Part shown: in pieces, positions 8,591 to 18,416 of the stretch
How the letters are laid out: the number at the start of each line of letters is the position of its first letter
Numbering within the stretch: position 1 is the stretch's first letter
Source of the DNA: Desulfolithobacter dissulfuricans
GTDB taxonomy: Bacteria; Desulfobacterota; Desulfobulbia; Desulfobulbales; Desulfobulbaceae
Assembly: GCF_025998535.1 (NCBI RefSeq)
Contig: NZ_AP024233.1
Coordinates: forward strand, 1,369,219-1,401,218
DNA length: 32,000 bases
Direction: 5' to 3'
Program-made: the position numbers and the translations under genes
The notes under the pieces: generated by a model
Databases searched by the model: none
What the model was told of the DNA's origin: nothing
Seen by the model: only the letters and a program-made list of their open reading frames with translations

Positions 8591-10162
8591 ATGGCCAACA
8601 GGAGGTTCGAGATGTTTCATTACCGTCAGGTTCTCGCCCACATGCGGTCCGGGCAGTCAGATCGCCAGATTGCCAAAGCCGGTCTTATGGGACGGGCCAA
8701 GGCGTCGGAGCTCCGTCGTATCGCGACGGAACAGGGTTGGCTTGACCCCAGGCGTCCTCTGCCCGAGGACCAGACCCTGGCAGCCGTTCTCAAAGGGCCG
8801 AAGCGGCCAGCATCGGAGTCCATTCTGGCACCCTACCACGACAAGATCAAATCCTGGCACCAGCAGGGCATCGCTGGTACCACCATCCATCAGGCTCTGG
8901 TTCGCAACTACGGTTTTACCGGCAGTTATTCTGCAGTACGCCGGTATCTGCAGCAATTGAAGGCCAGTGCGCCCGAAGCTACGGTCATGCTCGACTTCAA
9001 GCCGGGCGAGGTAGCACAGGTCGACTTCGGTAAGGGGCCGAAAATCACCGACACGACCACTGGCGAGATCTTCTCCACCTGGTTCTTTGTCATGACTCTG
9101 GCCTTCAGTCGCCATCAGTACGCCGAGCTGGTCAGAGATCAGAAAATACCCACCTGGCTCGGCTGCCATCGACGGGCCTTCGAGTTCTTTGGCGGCGTTC
9201 CGGAAAAGGTCGTGGTCGACAACCTGAAGTCCGCCATCACCAAAGCGTGCTGGCGAGATCCCAAAGTCCAGCGATCCTATGCCGAACTGGCCCAGGGCTA
9301 TGGTTTTCTGATCTCGCCCTGTCCGCCCAACGAGCCCAGGAAAAAAGGCAGGGTCGAGGCCGGAGTCAAGTATATCAAACGCAGCTTTCTGCCGCTGCGC
9401 CGGTTCAGGAGCCTTGCCGACGCCAACCGGCAACTGCGCCAATGGATCCTGGAGACTGCCGGCAACCGGATCCATGGCACCACAAAGCAAAAGCCACTTA
9501 CCCTGTTCGCGGAAGCGGAAAAACATATCCTCCGGCCCCTGCCGGACAGGGCACCGGAACCAGCGGTCTGGTCCCTCCACAAGCTGCACGGCAACTGCCA
9601 CCTGCAGTTTGAGAAGTGCTTTTACTCGGCACCCTACCGACTGGTCGGCAAAGAGCTCTGGGTCAAGGCCACGGAAACGACGGTCAGGATCTTTCACGAG
9701 CATGAGCTGGTGGCGCTCCACCCCCGCAAACACAGGCCGGGTGAAAAATCGACCAGCACAGCTCACCTGCCGCCGGATGCCGTGGCCTACCTGATGCGGG
9801 ATCCGCAGTGGTGCCTCAGGCGGGCGGAGGCAATAGGACCTAACTGCTCACGGCTCATCAGGTCGCTCTTCTCTCATCGGGTTACCGACAATCTCAGAGC
9901 CGCCCAGGGTGTCATCGGACTTGCCAGGAAGTATGGCCAGGTCCGCCTGGAAGCGGCCTGCCGGCGAGCAATCATCTTTGACAGCCCCAAGTATATTACG
10001 GTCAAGACCATCCTGGCCAAGGGATTGGATCAGGAAATCCCTGATCCAGTTCCCACCCGGCTGCCACTGGCCTATACCGGCAAGGGACGTTTTCAAAGAA
10101 CATATCAGGTGATTACCGCTTCACACAGGGAGGACACGATATGCACCCCATGCCCGAACTGA
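8591..10162 (+). CDS. istA: IS21-family transposase IstA (523 aa)
   Basis: GGAGG RBS. Start MANRRFEMF matches the start of copy 2. HTH plus DDE integrase core (VAQVDFG...DNLKSA...EAGVKYIK). Confidence 0.9.
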   Translation: MANRRFEMFHYRQVLAHMRSGQSDRQIAKAGLMGRAKASELRRIATEQGWLDPRRPLPEDQTLAAVLKGPKRPASESILAPYHDKIKSWHQQGIAGTTIHQALVRNYGFTGSYSAVRRYLQQLKASAPEATVMLDFKPGEVAQVDFGKGPKITDTTTGEIFSTWFFVMTLAFSRHQYAELVRDQKIPTWLGCHRRAFEFFGGVPEKVVVDNLKSAITKACWRDPKVQRSYAELAQGYGFLISPCPPNEPRKKGRVEAGVKYIKRSFLPLRRFRSLADANRQLRQWILETAGNRIHGTTKQKPLTLFAEAEKHILRPLPDRAPEPAVWSLHKLHGNCHLQFEKCFYSAPYRLVGKELWVKATETTVRIFHEHELVALHPRKHRPGEKSTSTAHLPPDAVAYLMRDPQWCLRRAEAIGPNCSRLIRSLFSHRVTDNLRAAQGVIGLARKYGQVRLEAACRRAIIFDSPKYITVKTILAKGLDQEIPDPVPTRLPLAYTGKGRFQRTYQVITASHREDTICTPCPN

Positions 10163-10926
10163 TTCCCATGCTCAAGCAACTGCGTCTCTCCGGGATCATG
10201 GACTCCCTGGAGATCCGTAACCGGCAGGCGATCGATGAAAAAATGGCCTATACCGACTTCCTCGCCCTCCTTATCCAGGACGAGGTGGCGCGGCGGACGC
10301 AACGGAAATTCGACCTGCGTATCAGGCGGGCCGGGTTCCGGAATCAGAAGACCCTGGAGGATTTCGATTTTTCCTTCAACCCTGCCATCAACAAGGCCCA
10401 GATCATGGACCTGGCTACCTGCCGCTTCATGGAGGAAAAGGCCTGTGTCCTTATCGTGGGGCCCTGCGGGACCGGGAAAAGTCATATTGCCCAGGCACTT
10501 GGCCATTGTGCCATTCGCCAGGGCCGTGACGTCCTCTTCACCACCCAGACGAAGCTGCTTGGCCAGCTCCAGGCGGCCAGGGCGACAAACTCTTATGATC
10601 GACGCCTCAATACCCTGGCCAAGGTCGATCTGCTGATCATCGACGACTTCGGGCTCAAGCCCCTCAGAACACCACAGGACGAGGATATCCACGACCTGAT
10701 CGGTGAGCGATATGAACGTCGTTCGACCATCATCACCAGCAACCTTGATCTCTCCGAGTGGCGGGACGCCTTTCCCAACAAACTGCTGGGTGCGGCCACC
10801 ATTGACCGTATACGCCACGGCGCCTATTGCGTGGTGCTCGACGGCAAAAGTTACCGGACTACAAAACCACTGCCAAAACCTCAAAAAAAGGAGGTGGAAA
10901 AAAGGGTAAAATCGTCTAAAAATTAA
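10141..10926 (+). CDS. istB: IS21-family ATP-binding helper IstB (261 aa)
   Basis: Walker A GPCGTGKSH and Walker B LLIIDDFG. Overlaps the istA 3' end. Confidence 0.9.
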   Translation: MHPMPELIPMLKQLRLSGIMDSLEIRNRQAIDEKMAYTDFLALLIQDEVARRTQRKFDLRIRRAGFRNQKTLEDFDFSFNPAINKAQIMDLATCRFMEEKACVLIVGPCGTGKSHIAQALGHCAIRQGRDVLFTTQTKLLGQLQAARATNSYDRRLNTLAKVDLLIIDDFGLKPLRTPQDEDIHDLIGERYERRSTIITSNLDLSEWRDAFPNKLLGAATIDRIRHGAYCVVLDGKSYRTTKPLPKPQKKEVEKRVKSSKN

Positions 10927-11125
10927 CCACGTCCGAGAGCCAAAAATGACCACCTGAAAGTGGCTCGATTAACCCGATCATGGGTGGCTCGATTAGGTGA
11001 TCATTAACAGCGGGTAAACCTGCTGTCCCAGTGAGGGTATTCCAGCCGGTGCTCTCTGTCCGTTCTGCGTATCAATGCCAACGCCCCGGGGCGCGGCGAT
11101 AACAAAAAATCTGCAAGGAAGATCC

Positions 11126-11722
11126 ATGCCCTTTCTGCGGTCCCTGTTCGATAAATGGCCCCAGAACATCCTCAGGCCCGTCGCGGTCAACGTGTTGTCC
11201 GCTGTAGTCCTGTTCCTGCTGGCCGTTTCCCTCAAGCCGCTGGTATTCAGCCTATTCCAGGGGCCGCAGCTGCCGGAATATCCCCTGTTCTGCACTGCGG
11301 AACCCTACCTGGGCAGCGGAAACAGGGAGATGAATATTGATTTTTTCATCATCAACCGGACCGGTGAACCGCGTACCCGGGAGCAGCTGATCCGTGATCT
11401 CAGGGCGTTGAACCCTGATGCGGACAGAACCCTTTCGCCCGATATTGAACTGGAACTGAACAGGGAGGGTGAGGTGCAGGTTCTGCAGGATAAAGACTTC
11501 AACAGTGGCAAGGGCAGGCTCCGTGTGGTCAGAGATCCGGAGGGCCAGAAGATCAAAATCATTGTGGACCGGATTGAACCCCGGGCAATTCTGAAGGTTG
11601 TCATTCGTGTATCAGGAGTGCGTTTTGTAAGCCGGAAGCTGAACAGGGGTGTGAAGGGAGAAGTAGGCAGAGTACTCAGGAATTATGAACAGTTCCAGGA
11701 CAGTTGCTATACAGAACAATAG
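11126..11722 (+). CDS. Hypothetical membrane-anchored protein (198 aa)
   Basis: AAGGAAG RBS. One N-terminal TM segment (VAVNVLSAVVLFLLAVSL). No family recognised. Confidence 0.55.
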   Translation: MPFLRSLFDKWPQNILRPVAVNVLSAVVLFLLAVSLKPLVFSLFQGPQLPEYPLFCTAEPYLGSGNREMNIDFFIINRTGEPRTREQLIRDLRALNPDADRTLSPDIELELNREGEVQVLQDKDFNSGKGRLRVVRDPEGQKIKIIVDRIEPRAILKVVIRVSGVRFVSRKLNRGVKGEVGRVLRNYEQFQDSCYTEQ

Positions 11723-11819
11723 CCCTTCCTGCTCCATCCGGGTCGTAGCTGTTGAGTTTGATTATTTATGATCGGGCCAGTCCACGATTTTTCATTGGGG
11801 AGAACTTCCAGGACAATAA

Positions 11820-11889
11820 GTTGTTCCAGGGACAGCATACTTAATTAGTCGATCTTGGCAGGTTGTTCCAGGGACAGCATACTTAATTA
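11820..11889 (+). repeat. 28-bp perfect direct repeat x2 (GTTGTTCCAGGGACAGCATACTTAATTA), 42-bp period
   Basis: Copies at 11820-11847 and 11862-11889. They are embedded in five (G)GGACA motifs between 11806 and 11920. Confidence 0.85.
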
Positions 11890-12347
11890 TTGAACTCGAA
11901 GGGACAACCCTACAGGGACACTCTGTCTTTTTGCCATGCGGATTACTTGCACATTGCTGGATAATCCGTTTCCTGCTGCCCTGCCGAACTTCCAGCTTCG
12001 CATCTCACGTAAGTAGTAAAACCCTCTATCGTCTGTATCGGAACACTTACAAGCCGGTATCCGATGTCCCCCGGGCAGTGACATGTTTTGCTATCTTGCC
12101 CGGAGCCTCGGCATGAATGGCGTATCTCCCTGTTGGCGACGTCTTTGTCTCCGGCATCCTTCATGCCCTATCACACCGTAACGCCCTTGCCTTTGACTGG
12201 TAATTTATGCTAAGTTAGCCATTTTGCGTTGGAAGACTTACAGGGAATTCTCCCCCCGTAAGCGCAAAAAGAACCGCATCTTCAATAACACGGTAAGTTC
12301 TGCCATACTGTCAAGCAACCATGATACCTATTCACAGGAGGTTGCGT

Positions 12348-12698
12348 ATGAGCAGAAAGAACGAGCAGGTAAATGATGCACTTGGCCAGCACCACTGGCA
12401 GGCCCATGTAAAAGCACTTGATCGGAGCGGTCTGAGTCGGGCCGAGTACTGTCGCCGGAGGGGAGTATCCTACCATGCCCTGACCTACTGGTGCCGAAAG
12501 CTGGGCCGCACCGATGGCAATCAGGAGAGGAGACTGGTTCCCGCCGGTGTTTTACATGGTGCCTGCCGGACTCGTGTCCAGAGAGGATCTGCTCCATTAC
12601 GGATTACCTGCCTGCCCGGCAACCTGACCGTGGAAGTGGAGAACGACTTTTCGCCTTCTGCCCTTTCCAGGTTGCTGGCGGTCCTGGAGCAGCGATAA
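12348..12698 (+). CDS. tnpA: IS66 accessory protein TnpA (orf1, HTH)
   Basis: AGGAGG RBS. LSRAEYCRRRGVSYHALTYWCRKL is an HTH-like stretch. The stop overlaps the next start (TAATG). Confidence 0.8.
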   Translation: MSRKNEQVNDALGQHHWQAHVKALDRSGLSRAEYCRRRGVSYHALTYWCRKLGRTDGNQERRLVPAGVLHGACRTRVQRGSAPLRITCLPGNLTVEVENDFSPSALSRLLAVLEQR

Positions 12699-13051
12699 TG
12701 TTTTTTCCCGCAAGTTCTGTCCGGGTCTATATCGCCCCGGGTCCAACAGACATGCGCAAGTCGATCAACGGGTTGTCCATTCTGGTTGCCGAGGAGCTGG
12801 AACTGGACCCTTTGTCCGGTCATCTGTTCGGATTCTGCAACCGGAAGCGGGATATGGTCAAGGTGCTCTACTGGGACAGCAACGGATTTTGCCTGTGGCA
12901 CAAACGGCTGGAAAAGGATCGGTTCAGCTGGCCGCAGACTGAGGCAGAGGTCCTTGCCATCAGGGGTCGGGAGCTGGCCTGGCTGTTGGATGGCCTGTCC
13001 CTGGACCGATGCTGTGGGCACGAGGAACTGCGCTATGAATTGGTGGTGTAA
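12698..13051 (+). CDS. tnpB: IS66 accessory protein TnpB (orf2)
   Basis: VYIAPGPTDMRKSINGLSILV...LFGFCNRKRDMVKVLYWDSNGFCLWHKRLEKDRFSWP is typical IS66 Orf2. Confidence 0.9.
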   Translation: MFFPASSVRVYIAPGPTDMRKSINGLSILVAEELELDPLSGHLFGFCNRKRDMVKVLYWDSNGFCLWHKRLEKDRFSWPQTEAEVLAIRGRELAWLLDGLSLDRCCGHEELRYELVV

Positions 13052-13110
13052 AGCACACTTTTTTGCAGAAAAACCTTGAAAAAACAAGATGATATGTTAC
13101 ATATACGTCT

Positions 13111-14679
13111 ATGAAAATAGACGTATCCACATTGCCCGAAGACAGCGAACAGCTCAAGCAGATCCTGCTTGAGATCCTTGAGCGCCATGACCGGGAAACC
13201 AGCATCCTGCACGAGCAGGTCCGCCATCTGAGGGCCTTGCTGTTCAGTCGCACGAGCGAAAAAACTCCTGTTGTTAACAACAAGGTCCAACTGCCCCTGT
13301 TCGATATGCCCGAGCCTTCGGATGTGGAGCCTGCCGACCCTGGGGTTGAGGTCACTGGTCATACCCGCAGGAAGCGCGGCCGGAAACCTCTGCCCGAGGA
13401 CCTGCCCAGGATCGAGGTCGTTCATGATATCGACGACAAGGACAAGGTCTGCCGTTGCGGCTGCGAGCTGACCCGCATAGGGGAGGAGGTGTCCGAGCAG
13501 CTCGATATCGTTCCGGCCCGGGTGCAGGTGATTCGTCATATCCGTCCCAAGTATGCCTGCAGGAACTGTGAAGGCGTGCAGGACGAGGGGCCGACAGTAA
13601 AGGTTGCTCCGCCGCCGGCACAGATTATCCCGAAGTCCATTGCCACGGCTGGGTTGCTGTCTCATATCCTGGTGGCAAAGTTTGTTGACCACCTGCCGTT
13701 TTATCGGCAGGAAAAGCTGTTTGCCCGCATTGGGCTGGAACTGTCGCGTGCATCCATGTGCAACTGGGCCATGCAGGCGGCCAAAGCCTGCCAGCCCCTG
13801 CTCAACCTGCTCCAGGAGGAAGTTCTTGCCGGGTCTTATATCCATGTCGATGAGACCACGGTCCAGGTCTTGAAGGAGCCGGGCCGGAAGCCGACGTCAA
13901 AATCCTACATGTGGATCTTTCAAAGGGGAGATCCCGACAGGCAGGTGTTGATCTATCAGTACCATCCGACCCGGAGCGGAGATGTGGCCAGGAACTTCCT
14001 CGATGGTTTCAGGGGATACGTGCAGACAGACGGCTATTCCGGTTATGATTTTCTTGACCAGGTTGATGGGATCCGACATGTCGGCTGCTGGGCACACGCA
14101 CGACGTAAGTTCAAGGATGTGGTCAGGGCCCAGGGTAAAAACAGAAAACGCGGCAGTGCGGACAAGGCACTGGGTTATATCTCCAGGCTCTACAGCCTGG
14201 AAAAGAAGTGGAAGAAAACAGGGCTTGTCCGGGAGGAGATCCATCGGCTGCGCCAGGAACAGTCCAGGCCGATCCTGGATGACTTTTACAGATGGCTGGT
14301 GAAAAGATCCTCCCAGACACCGCCCAAGGGGTTACTCGGCCAGGCCATTTCCTACTCCCTGCGCCAGTGGGATCGTCTTGTGGGCTACCTGGAAGATGGG
14401 AGGCTATCTATGGACAACAATAGAGCAGAAAACAGTATCCGTCCCTTTGTAGTCGGCCGCAAGAACTGGCTCTTTTCTGGCACTCCGGAAGGAGCAGAGG
14501 CCAGCGCCCTGATCTACAGCCTGGTCGAGACAGCCAGGGCCAATGGACAGGAGCCTTACAATTACCTGCGCTACATCTTCGAGAAGATACCCCTGGCTGC
14601 CACCCTGGAGGATTACGAGGCCATGCTGCCGTGGAATATTGATCCCAGGCAGTTGATCGGCCAGTTAGGTGGGGATTAA
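13111..14679 (+). CDS. tnpC: IS66-family transposase TnpC (522 aa)
   Basis: Zn-finger CRCGC...CRNCEG, HLPFYRQEK, HVDETTVQV and GCWAHARRKF motifs. Confidence 0.9.
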   Translation: MKIDVSTLPEDSEQLKQILLEILERHDRETSILHEQVRHLRALLFSRTSEKTPVVNNKVQLPLFDMPEPSDVEPADPGVEVTGHTRRKRGRKPLPEDLPRIEVVHDIDDKDKVCRCGCELTRIGEEVSEQLDIVPARVQVIRHIRPKYACRNCEGVQDEGPTVKVAPPPAQIIPKSIATAGLLSHILVAKFVDHLPFYRQEKLFARIGLELSRASMCNWAMQAAKACQPLLNLLQEEVLAGSYIHVDETTVQVLKEPGRKPTSKSYMWIFQRGDPDRQVLIYQYHPTRSGDVARNFLDGFRGYVQTDGYSGYDFLDQVDGIRHVGCWAHARRKFKDVVRAQGKNRKRGSADKALGYISRLYSLEKKWKKTGLVREEIHRLRQEQSRPILDDFYRWLVKRSSQTPPKGLLGQAISYSLRQWDRLVGYLEDGRLSMDNNRAENSIRPFVVGRKNWLFSGTPEGAEASALIYSLVETARANGQEPYNYLRYIFEKIPLAATLEDYEAMLPWNIDPRQLIGQLGGD

Positions 14680-14962
14680 TTTGCGGTTACGGGAATTCTC
14701 CCCCCCATAAGCTCACGCCCGTGCCGCGCGGACACAAGGTAATCAACTCAGACCGCAAAATATTGGCGGTTTTCCGAATTAATCATCTCACTCATATTAT
14801 ATTGGTTTATTAGAGATTATCTTCTCGATCTTTTGTGTCTGGATGTCTGGGACAGTTATCTGTTATCTGGAACGTTAAATTTTAAATATACATCTATTAG
14901 GTTAGTAATTAATTACTATAAAAATGCATTTGATTTCTTGTTTTGTTTAAAGGGATATTGTT

Positions 14963-15801
14963 GTGAGTGAAAATATTGTTAGCAAGTTGAAGGAAAGGGT
15001 AAACGAATTAGAAAGGCAGGTTGAAAACCTGCTAAAAAATCAAGAAACTACGCAAGCTATTCTGGAAGCAATGCCAGATAGCATTTTTATATTAGACAAT
15101 AAATATGTGTTCAGGTGTTATTATACTCAAAAAGTTGAAGAATTATACGCTCCACCTGATTTTTTCATTAATAAAAAAATTAACGAAGTTCTTCCTGCAG
15201 AGCTTTCCGCGTTAACTATGGAAAGTATTGATAACGTATTGCGTTCAAAGCAAATTCATAGTTATGAATATTCATTAGAAATGAAAGGTGAAATTCGTTT
15301 CTATGAAGCTAGGATGGTTCCAAAAGGAGATAAAGAAGTACTGACCATTGTCAGAGAAATAACAGAACGTAAAAATTATGAAAAAGAAATATTGAGGTTG
15401 GCAACAGTAGTTGAGCAAGCTAGCCAGGTAATTGTAATTTTTGATTCAGAAGGAAATATTGAGTATGTGAATCCAGCGTTTGAAAAATCTACTGGATATA
15501 CCTTTGCGGAAGCGAAAGGACAAAATTGGCGTATTCTGAAAATCTGTGAATTAGATGCCCATGTTTATGAAGAGTTGTGGGATACCATTTCAAGTGGAAA
15601 AGTATGGCATGGAATTTTTCATAATAAGAAAAAAGACGGGACTATGTTTTATGAAAAAGCTACAATTTTTCCAATAAAAAACACTGAAGGTCAAATAGTG
15701 AACTATGCAGCAGTAAAACAAGACATTACAATAGAGAAAAAGCTGGAAACACAGTTAAGGCAATCGGTTAAGATGGAGTCTATTGGCAACTTAGCCGGAG
15801 G
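14963..15801 (+). pseudogene. Hybrid sensor histidine kinase, fragment 1 of 3 (coiled-coil plus two PAS domains, up to ...MESIGNLAGG)
   Basis: GTG start with AAGGGA upstream (start uncertain). PAS-like segments present. The reading frame runs into IS21-type terminal sequence at 15802. Visibly AT-rich. Confidence 0.85.
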
Positions 15802-15962
15802 TGGAAATGACAACCGAAAAATGACCACCTGTGCTAACCCAAATTTGACCACCCTGAGCTTTGGTTAAAAAATGGCGGTTCAAGCCTGGCCAGTAATGGA
15901 GGGAGCCCTACGGGCGACCGGAATTACTGGCCAGGCTTGGTGGCCGCAGTTTACGCTATTCG

Positions 15963-16796
15963 TTACCTTGTCACGGATACCGGCTGATCAGTTCCCTGCC
16001 CCTGTCGTGGCTGTTCGCAGCTCTGGGAAATTTCTGAACCGTTTGAACGACGGTCGGCAAGGCTTTGTCTCAGGCGGTAGCTCTCCCAGTTACAGTTGAT
16101 GATTCTGGCCTTGTGGGTCAGCCGGTCCAGCAGGGCCGCGGTCATGGCCTGGTCCCCAAAGACCTGGGTCCAGTCGGCAAAGCCAAGGTTGCTGGTGATC
16201 ATCACCGAGCCCTTTTCATGGCGCTCGGCCAGAACCTGAAAGAGCAGTTCCGCTCCTTCTTTGGAAAAAGGGATATACCCCAACTCGTCAAGGATCAGGA
16301 GGTCGTAACGGCTGTACCGTTTCAGCAACCGCTGCAGATCACGATCCTCCCGGGCCTCGATCAGCTCGTTGACCAGGCCGTAGCAGGTCACAAAACGGGT
16401 TCGGTAATTGTTCTTGCAGGCCTCCAGGCCAAGCGCCGTGGCCATATGGGTCTTGCCGGTACCGCTTGGGCCAAGAAAAATCACATTCCTATGTTCCCGG
16501 ATGTACTCGCAGGTCGTCAGTTCCCTGAACATCCTGATATCCAGCTCCGGCACGGCCGACAGGTCAAAGGTCTCCAGGGGCTTGAGCAGCGGGAACCGGG
16601 CCTCGCGGATTCTCCGTTTCAAACGGTTGGCCGCCCGTGACGCGATCTCCAGACGGGTCAGATCGATGAGCAGCTCGTCATACCCCATGCCGGAGTCCCG
16701 GGCCTGCCGGAGAGTGGTTTCCAGTTCCCGGACCATGGCCGACAGTTTCAGATCTTTCAGGTTCGCCTTGAGCTCAAACAGGCCAGTTTCGTTCAT
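15963..16796 (-). CDS. istB: IstB-type ATP-binding protein (277 aa)
   Basis: Walker A GPSGTGKTH and Walker B LLILDELG. The start overlaps the istA stop. Confidence 0.9.
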   Translation of the reverse strand: MNETGLFELKANLKDLKLSAMVRELETTLRQARDSGMGYDELLIDLTRLEIASRAANRLKRRIREARFPLLKPLETFDLSAVPELDIRMFRELTTCEYIREHRNVIFLGPSGTGKTHMATALGLEACKNNYRTRFVTCYGLVNELIEAREDRDLQRLLKRYSRYDLLILDELGYIPFSKEGAELLFQVLAERHEKGSVMITSNLGFADWTQVFGDQAMTAALLDRLTHKARIINCNWESYRLRQSLADRRSNGSEISQSCEQPRQGQGTDQPVSVTR

Positions 16797-18283
16797 TGCA
16801 CACCTCCCAACTGGCCATATTGACGGATGTCGGCAGGGGCTATGGTCTCCCAGCCATCCAGGGGAGCTGTCTCCACCCGGGGTTCGTTGGCATAAATGAG
16901 CACATGGCGGACTCCTTCACTCGAGCTGATCCCCTGTTCCACGGCCAGTTCCACGGCCGCCTCGACCTCGGTGGCCGTATATCGGCGATGCAGCATCAGC
17001 ACCGATAGAAAATCCTTGATCCCCCGGGTCTCCCCCTGGGCCTGCTGAAATCGTTCCAGAAGACTCTCGTAGCAGGCGGGCCACCTAGACCGCCACTGGC
17101 GAATGGGACGGGCGCTGTCAAAGGCCATGGGACGCTGCCGGAGCAGGTCCAGGTAATGGTCGGGATCCAGCTGCCACTTATTGTTGCCAAATACCCGCTC
17201 ATGTTCGGCAACCTTTTGGCTCCTCAGGTAAATGGATACTCTGTCCACGCCAAGCAGGATGCTGACCTGATGCCCGACCAGGCTGGTCGGGACCGAATAG
17301 CGGTTCTTGTCGACAATCACGGTCCCAAACTTGTCCACCTTTCCGCTTGTGGATAACTGGTTGCTGTATACCTGGGCAGGCAGGGTAAGAAGCCGCTCCT
17401 TCTCCATGGCATGGAGCTCATTCACGGTGTGCTCCCGGCCTGATATGATATGTCCACCATAGGCCTGGCACCGTTTGAGGAGATTCCTGTTGAGTTCTTC
17501 CAGGCTGTCAACAACCGGGATGGGAACCAGGTAGTTGCGCCGGGAAAAACCCACCAGACCTTCGACGCCGCCCTTCTCATTGCCCGCGGCCGGATTGGTG
17601 AAGCGTGCCTCGAAGTTGTGGTAGCTCCGAAATTTGACAAACGACTCCTGCTCGATGCGGTTACGCCCCTGCAGGACCTTGCGCACAGCCGTGGTCAGGT
17701 TGTCATAGATCAGGACAGGGAAAATACCCCCGAAAAACTGAAAACCATGCTGGTGGGCATCGAAAAAAGCCTGCTGACGTTCACATGGATAGGCGCGGAC
17801 AAAGTGTTTGCCCGAGTACCTGGACCGCATGCAGAACAGCTTAATCGTCTGCCTCTTCCCGCCAAGCACCACCGTGGCCGTGCCCCAGTCAACTTCAGCC
17901 TCCAGCCCGGCTTCAGGATCACAGGGGATAAAGGCCCCGGGGACGTTCAGCCCCAGCCGGGCTTTTGCAATCCTCACATAGCGACGGACTGTCGACTCAC
18001 CTCCGCTATAGCCATATTCCTCGACAAGACGGTGGTAAATCCGACGGGAGGTATGTCGCTGCTTCTTCGGAACAGCCCTGTCACCTTCCAGCCAACCGTC
18101 TATCACCTCAAGATACCTCCCTAATACAGGATACGGCTGATTCTTCCGTTCACTGTAGCCCCAAGGTTCTCCCCGAAGCGCTTTCTTCACTGTATTGCGG
18201 GAATGTCCGGTCATCCTCGACAACTCACTGATGTTCTTGCCATACACTCGATGGGCCGTCCGTATGAACTCGTACTGATCCAT
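16793..18283 (-). CDS. istA: IstA-type IS21 transposase (496 aa)
   Basis: GGAGGAGAGGAG RBS before MDQYEFIRTAHRVYGKNISELSRMTGHSRNTVKKAL (HTH). DDE core EAEVDWG...YDNLTTAV...EKGGVEG. Confidence 0.9.
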   Translation of the reverse strand: MDQYEFIRTAHRVYGKNISELSRMTGHSRNTVKKALRGEPWGYSERKNQPYPVLGRYLEVIDGWLEGDRAVPKKQRHTSRRIYHRLVEEYGYSGGESTVRRYVRIAKARLGLNVPGAFIPCDPEAGLEAEVDWGTATVVLGGKRQTIKLFCMRSRYSGKHFVRAYPCERQQAFFDAHQHGFQFFGGIFPVLIYDNLTTAVRKVLQGRNRIEQESFVKFRSYHNFEARFTNPAAGNEKGGVEGLVGFSRRNYLVPIPVVDSLEELNRNLLKRCQAYGGHIISGREHTVNELHAMEKERLLTLPAQVYSNQLSTSGKVDKFGTVIVDKNRYSVPTSLVGHQVSILLGVDRVSIYLRSQKVAEHERVFGNNKWQLDPDHYLDLLRQRPMAFDSARPIRQWRSRWPACYESLLERFQQAQGETRGIKDFLSVLMLHRRYTATEVEAAVELAVEQGISSSEGVRHVLIYANEPRVETAPLDGWETIAPADIRQYGQLGGVQ

Positions 18284-18416
18284 GCTGAGCAACTCCTCTC
18301 CTCCCTGGTTATGGTTTTTCCTCCTACCATAACACACGGAAATTCTGCGCTCAGGGTGGTCAATTTTCCGTTAGCACAACACCTCTTTTCTGGTCAATTT
18401 TAGGTTAGCACAACCA

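Larger units (their letters stand above)
8352..11009 (+). mobile_element. IS21-family insertion sequence, copy 1 (2658 bp), 5-bp TSD GCGGG
   Basis: Termini TGTTAATGA...TCATTAACA (TG...CA). GCGGG at 8347-8351 and 11010-11014. istA and istB overlap. Multiple subterminal repeats. Confidence 0.9.
12254..14693 (+). mobile_element. IS66-family insertion sequence (about 2.44 kb; ends +/- 4 bp), 8-bp TSD AATTCTCC
   Basis: Ends CCCCGTAAGCGCAAA... and ...TTTGCGGTTACGGG (family-typical GTAAGCG terminus). AATTCTCC at 12246-12253 and 14694-14701. Three-gene tnpA-tnpB-tnpC layout. Confidence 0.8.
15802..18416 (-). mobile_element. Second, unrelated IS21-family insertion sequence (2615 bp), 6-bp TSD CGGAGG
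   Basis: TG...CA termini (TGGAAATGAC... / ...GCACAACCA). Repeated GTGCTAAC / TTGACCACC subterminal units at both ends. CGGAGG at 15796-15801 and 18417-18422. Confidence 0.9.

Noticed and set aside
15802-15868. C-terminal 22 residues of ORF 14963..15868 (GNDNRKMTTCANPNLTTLSFG*) as part of the kinase
   Set aside because: This stretch is translated from the IS21-type terminal repeats. The genuine continuation (IAHDFNN...) is found after the IS at 18423.
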